This document shows positions 24,105 through 34,900 of a stretch of DNA of 64,000 nt, piece after piece (position 1 is the stretch's first letter; every line of letters begins with the position of its first letter). This DNA comes from Mobula hypostoma (taxonomy: Eukaryota). The translations under genes were made by a program, and so were the position numbers. Location: positions 620,001 through 684,000 of the forward strand of contig NC_086098.1 of assembly GCF_963921235.1 (NCBI RefSeq), given 5' to 3'. The notes beneath the pieces were generated by a model that ran no database searches, had not been told where the DNA came from, and worked only from the letters and a program-made list of their open reading frames with translations.

Positions 24105-27100
24105 ATAGAACATAGATAAGTACAGCACAGTACAGGCCCTTTGGCCCATAATGTTGTGCTGACCCTCAGACCCCGCCTCCCATATAACCCCCCACCTTAA
24201 ATTCCTCCATATAACCTGTCTAGTAGTCTCTTAAACTTCACTAGTGTATCTGCCTTCACCACTGACTCAGGCAGTGCATTCCACGCACCAACCACTCTCT
24301 GAGTAAAAAACCTTCCTCTAATATCCCCCTTGAACTTCCCACCCCTTACCTTAAAGCCATGTCCTTTTGTATTGAGCAGTGGTGCCCTGGGGAAGAGGCG
24401 CTGGCTATCCACTCTATCTTTCCCTCTTATTATCTTGTACACCTCTATCATGTCTCATCTCATCCTCCTTCTCTCCAAAGAGTAAAGCCCTAGCTCCCTT
24501 AATCTCTGATCATAATGCATACTCTCTAAACCAGGCAGCATCCTGGTAAATCTCCTCTGTACCCTTTCCAATGCTTCCACATCCTTCCTATAGTGAGGCG
24601 ACCAGAACTGGACACAGTACTCCAAGTGTGGCCTAACCAGAGTTTTATAGAGCTGCATCATTACATCGCGACTCTTAAATTCTATCCCTCGACTTATGAA
24701 AGCTAACACCCCTTAAGCTTTCTTAACTACCCTATCCACCTGTGAGGCAAATTTTAGGGATCTGGGGACAGGTACCCCCAGATCCCTCTGCTCCTCCACA
24801 TTACCAAGTATCCTGCCATTTACTTTGTACTCTGTCTTGGAGTTTGTACTTCCAAAGTGCACCACCTCACACTTCTCCGAGTTGAACTCCATCTGCCACT
24901 TCTCAGCCCACTTCTGCATCCTATCAATGTCTCTCTGCAATCTTCAACAATCCTCTACACTATCTACAACACCACCAACCTTTGTGTCGTCTGCAAACTT
25001 GCCAACCCACCCTTCTACCCCCACATCCAGGTCTTTAATAAAAATCACGAAAAGCAGAGGTCCCAGAACCGATCCTTGTGGGACACCACTAGTCACAATC
25101 TTCCAATCTGAATGTACTCCCTCCACCACCACCCTCTGCCTTCCGCAGACAAGCCAATTCTGAATCCACCCGGCCAAACTTCCCTCGATCCCATGCCTTC
25201 TAACTTTCTGAATAAGCCTACCATGTGGAACCTTGTCGAATGTCTTACTAAAATCCATATAGATCACATCCACTGCACTACCCTCATCTATATGTCTGGT
25301 TACCTCCTCAAAGAACTCTATCAGGCTTGTTAGACATGATCTACCCTTCACAAAGCCATGCTGACTGTCCCTGATCAGACCATAATTCTCTAAATGTCTA
25401 TAGATCCTATCTCTAAGAACCTTTTCCAACAGCTTTCCCGTCACGGACGTAAGGCTCACTGGTCTATAATTACCCGGATTATCCCTACTACCTTTTTTGA
25501 ACAAGGGGACAACATTCTCCTCCCTCCAGTCCTCTGGTACCATTCCTGTGGACAACGAGGTCATAAAGATCCTAGCCAGAGGCTCAGCAATCTCTTCCCT
25601 CGCCTCGTGGAGCAGCCTGGGGAATATTCCGTCAGGCCCCGGGGACTTATCTGTCCTAATGTATTTAAACAACTCCAACACCTCCTCTCCTTTAATATCA
25701 ACATGCTCCAGAACATCGACCTCACTCATATTGTCCTCACCAACATCAAGTTCCCTCTCATTGGTGAATACCGAAGAGAAGTATTCACTGAGGACCTCGC
25801 TCACTTCCACAGCCTCCAGGCACATCTTCCCACCTTTATCTCTCATCGGTCCTACCTTCACTCCTGTCATCCTTTTTTTCTTCACATAATTGAAGAATGG
25901 CTTGGGGTTTTCCTTCACCCTACTCGCCAAAGCCTTCTCATGCCCCCTTCTTGCTCTTCTCAGCCCGAATCGACCACATGTCCATAGTACATTTCCCTGC
26001 AAAAACATCATCCCAATTCACACCCGCAAGTTCTAGCCTTATAGCCTCATAATTTGCCTTTCCCCAATTAAAAATGTTCCTGTCCTCTCTGATTCTATCC
26101 TTTTCCATGATAATGCTAAAGGCCAGGGAGCGGTGATCACTGTCCCCCAGATGCTCACCCACTGAGAGATCTGTGACCCGACCTGATCCATTACCTAGTA
26201 CTAGATCTAGTATGGCATTCCCTCTGGTCGGCTTGTCCACATACTGTGACAGGAATCCGTCTGGGACACACTTAACAAACTCTGCCCCATCTAAACCCTT
26301 GGAACTAATCAGGTGCCAATCAATATTAGGGAAGTTAAAGTCACCCATGATAACAACCCCGTTATTTTTGCACCTTTCCAAAATCTGCCTCCTAATTTGC
26401 TCCTCTGTATCTCTGCTGCTACCAGGGGGCCTATAGAATACCCCCAATAGAGTAACTGCTCCCTTCCTGTTCCTGACTTCCACCCATATTGACTCAAAAG
26501 AGGATGCTGCTACATTACCCACCCTTTCTGTAGCTGTAATAGTATCCCTGACCAGTAATGCCACCCTTCCTCCCCTTTTTCCACCCTCTCTATCCCTTTT
26601 AAAGCACTGAAATCCAGGAATATTGAGAATCCCTTCCTGCCCTGGTGCCAGCCAAGTCTCTGTAATGGCCACTACATCATAATTCCACGTATGTCTCCAA
26701 GCTCTCAGTTCATCACCTTTGTTCCTGATGCTTCTTGCATTGAGGTACACACATTTCAGCCCTTCTACCTTACTGTCTTTACACCGTTTATTCTGCTTCT
26801 CTTTCCTCAAAGCCTCTCTGTATGTTAGATCTGGCTTTACTCCATGCACTTCTTTCACTGCTCTATCGCGCTGGGTCCCATCCCCCTCGCAAATTAGTTT
26901 AAACCCTCCCGAACCATGCTGGCAAACCTACCTGCAAGGATATTGCTCCCCCTCGAGTTCAGGTGCAACCCATCCAATCTGTACAGGTCCCACCTTCCCC
27001 AGAAGAGATCCCAATGATCTAAAAATCTAAAACCCTGCTCCCTGCACCAATTCCTTAGCCACGCATTCAACTGCCATCTCCTCCAATTCTTACCATCACC

Positions 27101-28210
27101 GTCACGTAGCACTGGCAGCAGTCCTGAGAACACCACCCTTGAGGTCCTGTTCTTCAGCCTTCTGCCTAGTTCCCAAAACTCACACTTCAGGACCTCATCC
27201 CTCTTCCTGCCTATGTCGTTGGTACCAACATGTATCACGACTTCTGGTTGCTTTCCCTCTCGTACCAGGATGTTGTGCACCCGGTCAGAGACATCCCGGA
27301 CCCTGGCACCCAGGAGGCAACAAACCATGCGGGTGTCCTTGTCACTTCCACAAAATCTCCTGTCTGCTCCCCTGACTATAGAGTCTCCAATGACGACAGC
27401 TCTCCTCTTCTCCGTTCCACCCTTCTGCACCACAGGGTCAGACTCAGTGCCGGAGGCCCTGCCACCATGGCTCACACCTGGTCGGTCATCCCCGCAAACA
27501 GTATCCAGGACAATAAACTTATTATTCAGGGCAATGGCTACAGGGGTGCTCTGCACTACCTGTCTGCTCACCTTCGCTTTCCCCCCTCTGACTGTCACCC
27601 AACGACCTGCTTCTGACAGCCTAGGTGTGACTACCCCCCTGTAGCTCTCATCTATGACTGCCTCATTCTCCCTTATGGGTCGAAGGTCATCCAGCTGCTG
27701 CTGCAGATTCCTTACATGGTCTTCCAGATCGCCCAGCCATATGCACTTCTGGCAGATGTGACTCTGTGGGAGAGGGGCGTTCCCCCAAGACTGCCACATC
27801 TCACATGAGAGGCACATCACCATCTCAGGAGACATTGCAAAAACTAACTGTGAGCTAGCTTGTCCTCTTCCTCTTCTCATCGAAGCCTCTTGAGTCAAAA
27901 CCTGAAAGCTCCACTCCTTCACCAGCCCACTCATGCACTGGCCGCTTCGCTTGAGCTACCCCTCTATTTATCTCTTTGAGCTTTTCAAAATGTTTGGTCA
28001 CCTGACCTCGACTGCCCAATCAGCTGCTTTCTGCTGAGTCTGAGCTATTCAAATCTTGATTGTCTAATCAACGGCTTTCTGCTGATCTATTCACATCTTG
28101 ATTGACTTGATTGCACAGACCAACTGCCAAAACTACCAGAATCTCTCGAGTCAAAGCCTCAAAGCTCCACTCCTTCACTGGCCCACTCACTCACTGGCCG
28201 CTTTCCACTG
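24105..28210 (-). mobile_element. Near full-length CR1 (subfamily B, copy B1) with an internal deletion of about 200 bp near 25967
   Basis: 5'UTR, ORF1 26894-27934, APE 25938-26858, RT 24944-26011, C-terminal pieces and TTCTATG tail; deletion evident against 50960-51170. Confidence 0.95.
26894..27934 (-). CDS. Intact CR1 ORF1p (zinc finger, leucine zipper, SGNH esterase); true start probably MSPEMVMC
   Basis: CLSC..CQKC, LEDHVRNLQQQLDDL, GDS, GTND and DGLH, all uninterrupted. Confidence 0.85.
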   Translation of the reverse strand: MSGLVKEWSFQVLTQEASMRRGRGQASSQLVFAMSPEMVMCLSCEMWQSWGNAPLPQSHICQKCIWLGDLEDHVRNLQQQLDDLRPIRENEAVIDESYRGVVTPRLSEAGRWVTVRGGKAKVSRQVVQSTPVAIALNNKFIVLDTVCGDDRPGVSHGGRASGTESDPVVQKGGTEKRRAVVIGDSIVRGADRRFCGSDKDTRMVCCLLGARVRDVSDRVHNILVREGKQPEVVIHVGTNDIGRKRDEVLKCEFWELGRRLKNRTSRVVFSGLLPVLRDGDGKNWRRWQLNAWLRNWCREQGFRFLDHWDLFWGRWDLYRLDGLHLNSRGSNILAGRFASMVREGLN

Positions 28211-28211
28211 C

Positions 28212-28505
28212 TGCATCCATTTAAGTATAACACCTTAAGGCCTGTATTTGGTACTTTTCGCTTTGATTTCACTGCAACTTTTTTGCACTGCAACTCATCC
28301 CAATGGCTACAAATTTGCCCAATCACCTGCCTGTCTCTCCTGTCATCTTTACTGCTCACTATCTTAGATTTATTTCTGTTTTCCCCTTCCTCCATTATAT
28401 CATTCCGGTTCCCATCCCCCTGCCAAATTAGTTTAAACCCTCCCTAACAGCTCTATTAAACTTTCCCGCCAGGATATTGGTCCCCTTCGGGTTCAGATGA
28501 AACCT
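28212..28505 (-). mobile_element. CR1 ORF1/ORF2 junction fragment, probably continuous with 30460-31172
   Basis: TNILAG..GLN* then GLKVLYLN; CAGATGAAACCTG / CAGGTGTAACCTG flank the PLE insertion. Confidence 0.7.
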
Positions 28506-28603
28506 GAACAACAGGAATTCTGCAGATGCTGGAAATTCAAGCAACACACATAAAAGTTGCTGGTGAATGCAGCAGGCCAGGCAGCATCTCTAGGAAGAGG
28601 TGC

Positions 28604-28639
28604 AGTCGACGTTTCAGGCCGAGACCCTTCGTCAGGACT
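28604..28639 (-). ncRNA. Minimal type-I hammerhead ribozyme motif in the PLE 3' repeat
   Basis: Minus strand AGUC-CUGACGA-AGGGUCUCGGCCU-GAAA-CGUC-GACU: intact core, stem I AGUC/GACU, short stem II, palindromic ACGU stem III, GUC cleavage triplet. Confidence 0.8.
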
Positions 28640-28934
28640 AACTGAAGGAAGAGTGAGCAATGGATTTGAAAGTTGGAGGGGAAGGGGGAGATCCAAAATA
28701 ATAGGAGAAGACAGGAGGGGGAAGGATGGAGCCAAGAGCTGGACAGGTGATAGGCAAAAGGGGATACGAGAGGATCATGGGACAGGAGGTCCGGGAAGAA
28801 AGACAAGGTGGGGGGGGGACCCAGAGGATGGGCAAGGGGTATATTCAGAGGGACACAGGGAGAAAAAGGAGAGTGAGCGAAAGAATGTGTGTATAAAAAT
28901 AAGTAACAGATGGGGTACGAGGGGGAGGTGGGCA

Positions 28935-29228
28935 TTAGTGGAAGTTAGAGAAGTCGATGTTCATGCCATCAGGTTGGAGGCTACCCAGACGAAATATAAG
29001 GTGTTGTTCCTCCAACCTGAGTGTGGCTTCATCTTTACAGTAGAGGAAGCTGTGGATAGACATGTCAGAATGGGAATGGGATGTGAAATTAAAATGTGTG
29101 GCCACTGGGAGATCCTGCTTTCTCTGGCGGACAGAGCGTAGGTGTTCAGCAAAGCGGTCTCCCAGTCTGCGTCGGGTATCACCAATATATAAAAGGCCAC
29201 ATTGGGAGCACCGGACGCAGTATATCAC
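28935..29228 (-). pseudogene. PLE GIY-YIG endonuclease domain
   Basis: IYCVRCSQCGLLYIGDT..R..EH..VATHF..E..GMN. Confidence 0.9.
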
Positions 29229-29257
29229 CCGAGCCTACTCACAGTTGAAGTGTTGCC

Positions 29258-30232
29258 TCACCTGGAAGGACTGTTTGGGGCCCTGAATGGTGGTAAGGGA
29301 GGAAGTGTAAGGGCATGTGTAGCACTTGTTCCACTTACACGGATAAGTGCCAGGAGGGAGATCAGTGGGGAGGGATGGGGGAGACGAATGGACAAGGGAG
29401 TTGCGTAGGGAGCGATCCCTGCGGAATGCAGAGAGAGGTGGGGGGAGGGAAAGATGTGCTTAGTGGTGGGATCCCGTTGGAGGTGGCGGAAGTTACGGAG
29501 AATAATATGTTGGACCCGGAGGCTGGTGGGGTGGTAGGTGAGGACCAGGGGAACCCTATTCCTAGTGGGGTGGCGGGAGGATGGAGGGAGAGCAGATGTA
29601 CGTGAAATGGGGGAGGTGCGTTTAAGAGCAGAGTTGATAGTGGAGGAAGGGAAGCCCCTTTCTTTAAAAAAGGAAGACATCTCCCTCGTCCTAGAATGAA
29701 AAGCCTCATCCTGAGAGCAGATGCGGCGGAGACGGAGGAATTGCGAGAAGGGGATGGCATTTTTGCAAGAGACAGGGTGAGAAGAGGAATAGTCCAGATA
29801 GCTGTGAGAGTCAGTAGGCTTATAGTAGACATCAGTGGATAAGCTGTCTCCAGAGACAGAGACAGAAAGATCTAGAAAGGAGAGGGAGGTGTCGGAAATG
29901 GACCAGGTAAACTTGAGAGCAGGGTGAAAGTTGGAGGCAAAGTTAATAAAGTCAACGAGCTCTGCATGTGTGCAGGAAGCAGCGCCAATACAGTCGTCGA
30001 TGTAGCGAAGGAAAAGTGGGGGACAGATACCAGAATAGGCACGGAACATAGATTGTTCCACAAAGCCAACAAAAAGGCAGGCATAGCTCGGACCCATACG
30101 GGTGTCCATAGCTACACCTTTAGTTTGGAGGAAGTGGGAGGAGCCAAAGGAGAAATTAATAAGAGTAAGGACTAATTCCGCTAGACGGAGCAGAGTGGTG
30201 GTAGAGGGGAACTGATTAGGTCTGGAATCCAA
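29258..30232 (-). pseudogene. PLE reverse transcriptase + thumb (frameshifted at both ends)
   Basis: RYIDD, FLDLSV, SHPVSCKNAIPFSQFLRLRRICS. Confidence 0.9.
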
Positions 30233-30459
30233 AAAGAAGCGTAGAGCTTTGAGACCTTCCTGATGGGGATGGAAGTATATAGGGACTGGACATCCATGGT
30301 GAAAATAAAGCGGTGGGGGCCAGGGAACTTAAAATCATCGAAAAGTTTAAGAGAGTGAGAAGTGTAACGAACATAGGTAGGAAGGCATTGAACAAGGGGG
30401 GATAAAACAGTGTCGAGGTATGCAGAAACGAGTTCGGTGGGGCAGGAGCAAGCTGAGAC

Positions 30460-31172
30460 AGGTGTAACCTGTCCTTTTTGAACAGGTCACACTTCCCCCA
30501 GAAGAGATCCCAATTATCCAGTCTGAAGACCTGCCCCCTGCACCAGTCTCTCAGCCTCGCATTCATCTGCCTGATCCTACTATTTTTGCCCTTGCTAGCA
30601 CATGGAACAGGTAGCAATCCCGAGATTACTACCCTGGAGGTCCTGCTTCTCAGCTTCCTTCCTAACTCCCAGAAATCTCTCTTCAGGACCTCCTCCTTTG
30701 TCCTATCTATGTCATTGGTACCAACATGTACCAAGACAACTGGCTGCTTGCCCTCTCCGTTCAGAATATTCTGGACCCGATCTGAGACATCCCGTACTCT
30801 GGCACCTGGGAGGCAACACACCATGCGGGTATCCCTATCAGGCTCACAGAATCTCCTGCCTGTTCTCCTGACTACGAAATCCCCTATGACTACTGCATTC
30901 ATCAGCTCCCTCCCTCCCTCCTGCACAACAGCACCAGGCTCAGTGCCCGAGACCCGGTCACTGTGGGTGTCCCCTGTCAGGTCATCCCCCTCAGCAGCAA
31001 CCAGCACAAGATATTTGTTGCTGAGGGGGACAGCCACAGGGGTGCTCTCCACTATCCGGGCATTTCCCTTCCCTCTCTTGACAGTGACCCAGTTTTCTGA
31101 CCCCTGTAGCCTAGGGATGACTACCTCCCTGTAGCTCCTGTCTATCACCTCTTCAGTTTCCTTGATAAGCAG
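30460..31172 (-). mobile_element. CR1 ORF1 fragment (SGNH esterase)
   Basis: ORF 30216-31208: STPVAVPL, CCLPGARVRDV, HVGTND, WDLFWGK. Confidence 0.88.
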
Positions 31173-33731
31173 TACCATAGAACTATAGAACCATAGAAAC
31201 TCCAGCACAGAAACAGGCCCTTTGGCCCTTCTTGGCTGTGCCGAACCATTTTCTGCCTAGTCCCACTGACCTGCACACGGACCATATCACTCCATACACC
31301 TCCCATCCATGTATCTGTCCAATTTATTCCTAAATGTTAAAAAAGAACCAGCATTTACCACCTCGTCTGGCAGCTCATTCCATACTCCCACCACTCTCTG
31401 TGTGAAGAAGCCCCCGCTAATGTTCCCTTTAAACTTTTCCCCCCTCATCCTTAACCCATGTCCTCTGGTTTTTTTCTCCCCTTGCCTCAGTGGAAAAAGC
31501 CTGCTTGCATTCACTCTATCTATACCCATCATAATTTTATATACCGCTATCAAATCTCCCCTCATTCTTCTAAACTCCAGGGAATAAAGTCCTAACCTAT
31601 TCAACCTTTCTCTGTAACTGAGTTTCTCAAGTCGCGGCAACATCCTTGTAAACCTTCTCTGCACTCTTTCAACCTTATTTATATGCTTCCTGTAATTTGG
31701 TGACGAAAACTGAACACAATACTCCAGATTCGGCCTCATCAATGCCTTATACAACCTCATCATAACATTCCAGCTCCTATACTCAATACTTCGATTAATA
31801 AAGGCCAATGTACCAAAAGCTCTCTTTACGACCCTATCTACCTGTGATGACACTCTTAGGGAATTTTGTATCTGTATTCCCAGATCCCTCTGTTCCACTG
31901 CTCTCCTCAGTGCCTTACCATTAACCCTGTATGTTCTACGTTGGTTTGTCCTTCCAATGTGCAATACCTCACACTTGTCAGTATTAAACTCCATCTGCCA
32001 TTTTTCAGCCCATTTTTCCAGCTGGTCCAAGTCCCTCTGCAGGCTCTGAAAACCTTCCTCACTGTCTACTACACCTCCAATCTTTGTATCATCAGCAAAC
32101 TTGCTGATCCAATTTACCACATTATCATCCAGATGATTGATATAGATGACAAATAACAATGGGCCCAGCACTGATCCCTGTGGCACACCACAAGTCACAG
32201 GCCTCCACTCAGAGAAACAATTCTCTACCACCACTCTCTGCCTTCTTCCATCGAGCCAATGTCTAATCCAATTTACCACCTCTCCATGTATACCTAGCGA
32301 TTGAATTTTCCTAACTAACCTCCCATGCGGGACCTTGTCAAAGGCCTTACTGAAGTCCATGTAGACAATATCCACTGCCTTCCCTTCATCCACTTTCCTG
32401 GTAACCTCCTCGAAAAACTCCAACAGATTGGTCAAACATGACCTACCACGCACAAAGCCATGTTGACTCTCCCTAATAAGCCCCTGTCTATCCAAATGCT
32501 TGTAGATTCTGTCTCTTAGTACTCCCTCCAATAACTTACCTACTACTGACGTTAAACTCACCGGCCTATAATTTCCCGGATTACTTTTCGATCCTTTTTT
32601 AAACAACGGAACAACATGAGCCACTCTCCAATCCTTCGGCACTTCACCCGTAGACAGCGACATTTTAAATATTTCTGCCAGGGCCCCCGCAATTTCAACA
32701 CTAGTCTCCTTCAAGGTTCGAGGGATTTATCCAGTTTAATTCTCCTCAAGACAGCAAGCACCTCCTCCTTTTCAATCTGTACAGTTTCCATGGTCTCACT
32801 ACTTGATTCCCTCAATTCCATAGATTTCATGCCAGCTTCCTTAGTAAATACAGACGCAAAAAACCTATTTAAGATCTCCCCCATTTCCTTTGGTTCCGCA
32901 CAAAGCCGACCACTCTGATCTTCAAGAGGACCAATTTTATCCCTTACAATCCTTTTGCTCTTAATATACTTGTAAAAGCTCTTTGGATTATCCTTCACTT
33001 TGACTGCCAAGGCAACCTCATGTCTTCTTTTTGCCCTCCTGATTTCTTTCTTAAGTATTTTCCTGCACTTCTTATACTCCTCAAGCACCTGATTTACCCC
33101 CGTTTCCTATACATGTCATACAACTCCCTCTTCTTCTTTATCAGAGTTGCAATATCCCTTGAGAACCAAGGTTCCTTATTCCTATTTAATTTGCCTTTAA
33201 TCCTGACAGGAACATACAAACTCTGCACTCTCAAAATTTCCCCTTTGAAGGCTTCCCACCTACCAATCACATCTTTGCCAGAGAACAACTTGTCCCAATC
33301 CACGCTTTTTAGATCCTTTCTCATTTCTTCAAATTTGGCCTTCTTCCAGTTCAGAACCTCAACCCTAGGACCAGATCTATCCTTGTCCATGATCAAATTG
33401 AAACTAATGGTGTTATGATCACTGGAACCAAAGTGCTCCCCTACACAGACTTCTGTCACTTGCCCTAATTCGTTTCCTAACAGGAGATCCAATATTGCAT
33501 CCCCTCTAGTTGGTCCCTCTATATACTGATTTAGAAAACTTTCCTGAACACATTTTACAAACTTAAACCATCTAGACCCCTAACAGTATGGGAGTCCCGA
33601 TCAATGTATGGAAAATTAAAATCCCCTACCACCACAACTTTATGTTTCCTGCAGTTGCCTGCTATCTCTCTGCAGATTTGCTCTTCCAAGTCTCGTTGAC
33701 TATTGGGTGGTCTGTAATACAATCCCACTGA
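31173..33731 (-). mobile_element. 5'-truncated CR1 (another subfamily) with an open 475-codon RT/C-terminal frame at 31287-32714
   Basis: APE end (GSSDHN), linker, RT motifs, (TTCTATGG)-type tail. Confidence 0.93.
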
Positions 33732-33759
33732 TGGTTATCAAGCTGCAGGGCTCTCACAG

Positions 33760-33940
33760 CTAACAGTATGAGATAATGGTTTAAAAAGTTTGTCTGTTTG
33801 GCGAGGTAAGTGGGTGAGTAGACTTATTTTTCCTGTTTCATTCCTGTAGAATAAGATAGCATGCCTGCAGGGTTAGTGCTTTGTTCAGGGTGTCAGATGT
33901 GGGAATCCTGGGAGACCTCCAGCCTCCCTGATGGCCACAG
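33760..33940 (+). mobile_element. CR1 ORF1 N-terminus in opposite orientation to its neighbours
   Basis: MPAGLVLCSGCQMWESWETSSLPDGH is homologous to the ORF1 start at 6422. Confidence 0.75.
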
Positions 33941-34900
33941 ATGTTCCTGTCTGTTCGGGCCGATTCACGAAGTGGTGGGGGGGAAGAGTTTGTGCTTCGC
34001 TCTCGCCTCTTCCCGTTTATCGCTGAAGCCCGTTGAAGCCAAAGCCCTACACTCTGCTAACGCTCACTCCGCTGCCCGCTGTATAGGATGGTCTCCCTTT
34101 TAAACTCTCCGCGCTGTCCTGTCTACGTCACACGCCTGTGCAGTCTCATCCTTCTTGCATTTGAAGAAGTTTTTAAAAAAACTGCCTTCCTTCAGAATTC
34201 AGCTCCCACGCCGCTCTGTATTCCCGATCCAAAAGAAAGCCATTGGTAGCAAACTTCCTTTTTAAACTCTCCACGCTGTCCTGTTACGTCACGCGCCTGC
34301 ACAGTCTCGTCCTTCTTGCACTTAAAGAAGTTTTTTAAAAAACTGCCTTCCTTCAGAATTCAGCTCGGAGCGAGGTGTCTCCCAGTGGAGGTTGGTTTTT
34401 GGGGATTCGCAGCCCGTTCTTTAGTTAGAGCCTTCAGCATTTTGGGCATCGAGGGAGAGAGGAAGAGGAGAGCCATCCGCAGTACCACCGATGCGGCAGA
34501 GAGGGCCTCAAGATGACTGTGGCTCAAAAGAGGGGAGCCACGGAGTCATAAGTAGCTAGCCATCTGGATACAAGCTGGGGTCTGATCAGCCCCGGCTGGG
34601 TCACCTGGAGGAGGTTGTATGATGTTGAAAGACCCGAAACACCCGATGATTCCAGGAACATCACTGAAGATGTGTCCAGAAGCATCAATAGATGTATGTA
34701 CACAGGTCCCACGATGCTCTGTAGTCCCGATACAAAAGAAAGCCATTGGTAGCAACCTTCCTTTTTAAGTTCTCCGCACTGTCCTGTTACGTCACGCACC
34801 TGCGCAGTCTCGTCCTTCTTGCACTCGAAGAAGTTTTTAAAAAAACTGCCTTCCTTCAGAATTCAGCTCACATGCCGCTCTGTAGTCCTGATCAAAAAGA
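33940..34900 (-). repeat. CR1 5'UTR with about 3 tandem monomers of about 162 bp
   Basis: Unit CCTTTTTAAACTCTCC..ACGTCACGCGCCTGCGCAGTC..TTCAGAATTCAGCTC recurs at about 34096, 34257 and 34760; resembles the 5'UTR at 6225-6360. Confidence 0.75.
34367..34702 (+). mobile_element. Hero-like (R2 group, restriction-like endonuclease) LINE 3' fragment
   Basis: ARCLPVEVGFWGFAARSL..AAERASR*LWLKRGEP matches the VEVGCRGF..AE.AS.WLW C-terminus typical of Hero elements; CAGCTC/CAGGTC flanks. Confidence 0.7.

Larger units (their letters stand above)
28507..30459 (-). mobile_element. 5'-truncated Penelope-like retroelement (Neptune-type)
   Basis: RT (QTKGVAMDTRMGPSYA, RYIDD, VYYKPT), Cys linker PCKWNKCYTC, GIY-YIG endonuclease, 3' region with hammerhead. 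Confidence 0.92.

Noticed and set aside
30216..31208. 330-aa esterase fusion protein
   Set aside because: A CR1 ORF1 fragment reading into an off-frame PLE sequence and out of another CR1's tail
34617..34645. Hammerhead-like string ATGATGTTGAAAGACCCGAAAC in the Hero 3'UTR
   Set aside because: No CUGANGA box and no convincing stem II
34096..34900. CRISPR-like array or satellite
   Set aside because: Units are about 162 bp with no unique spacers, the context is eukaryotic, and the array is contiguous with a CR1 5'UTR
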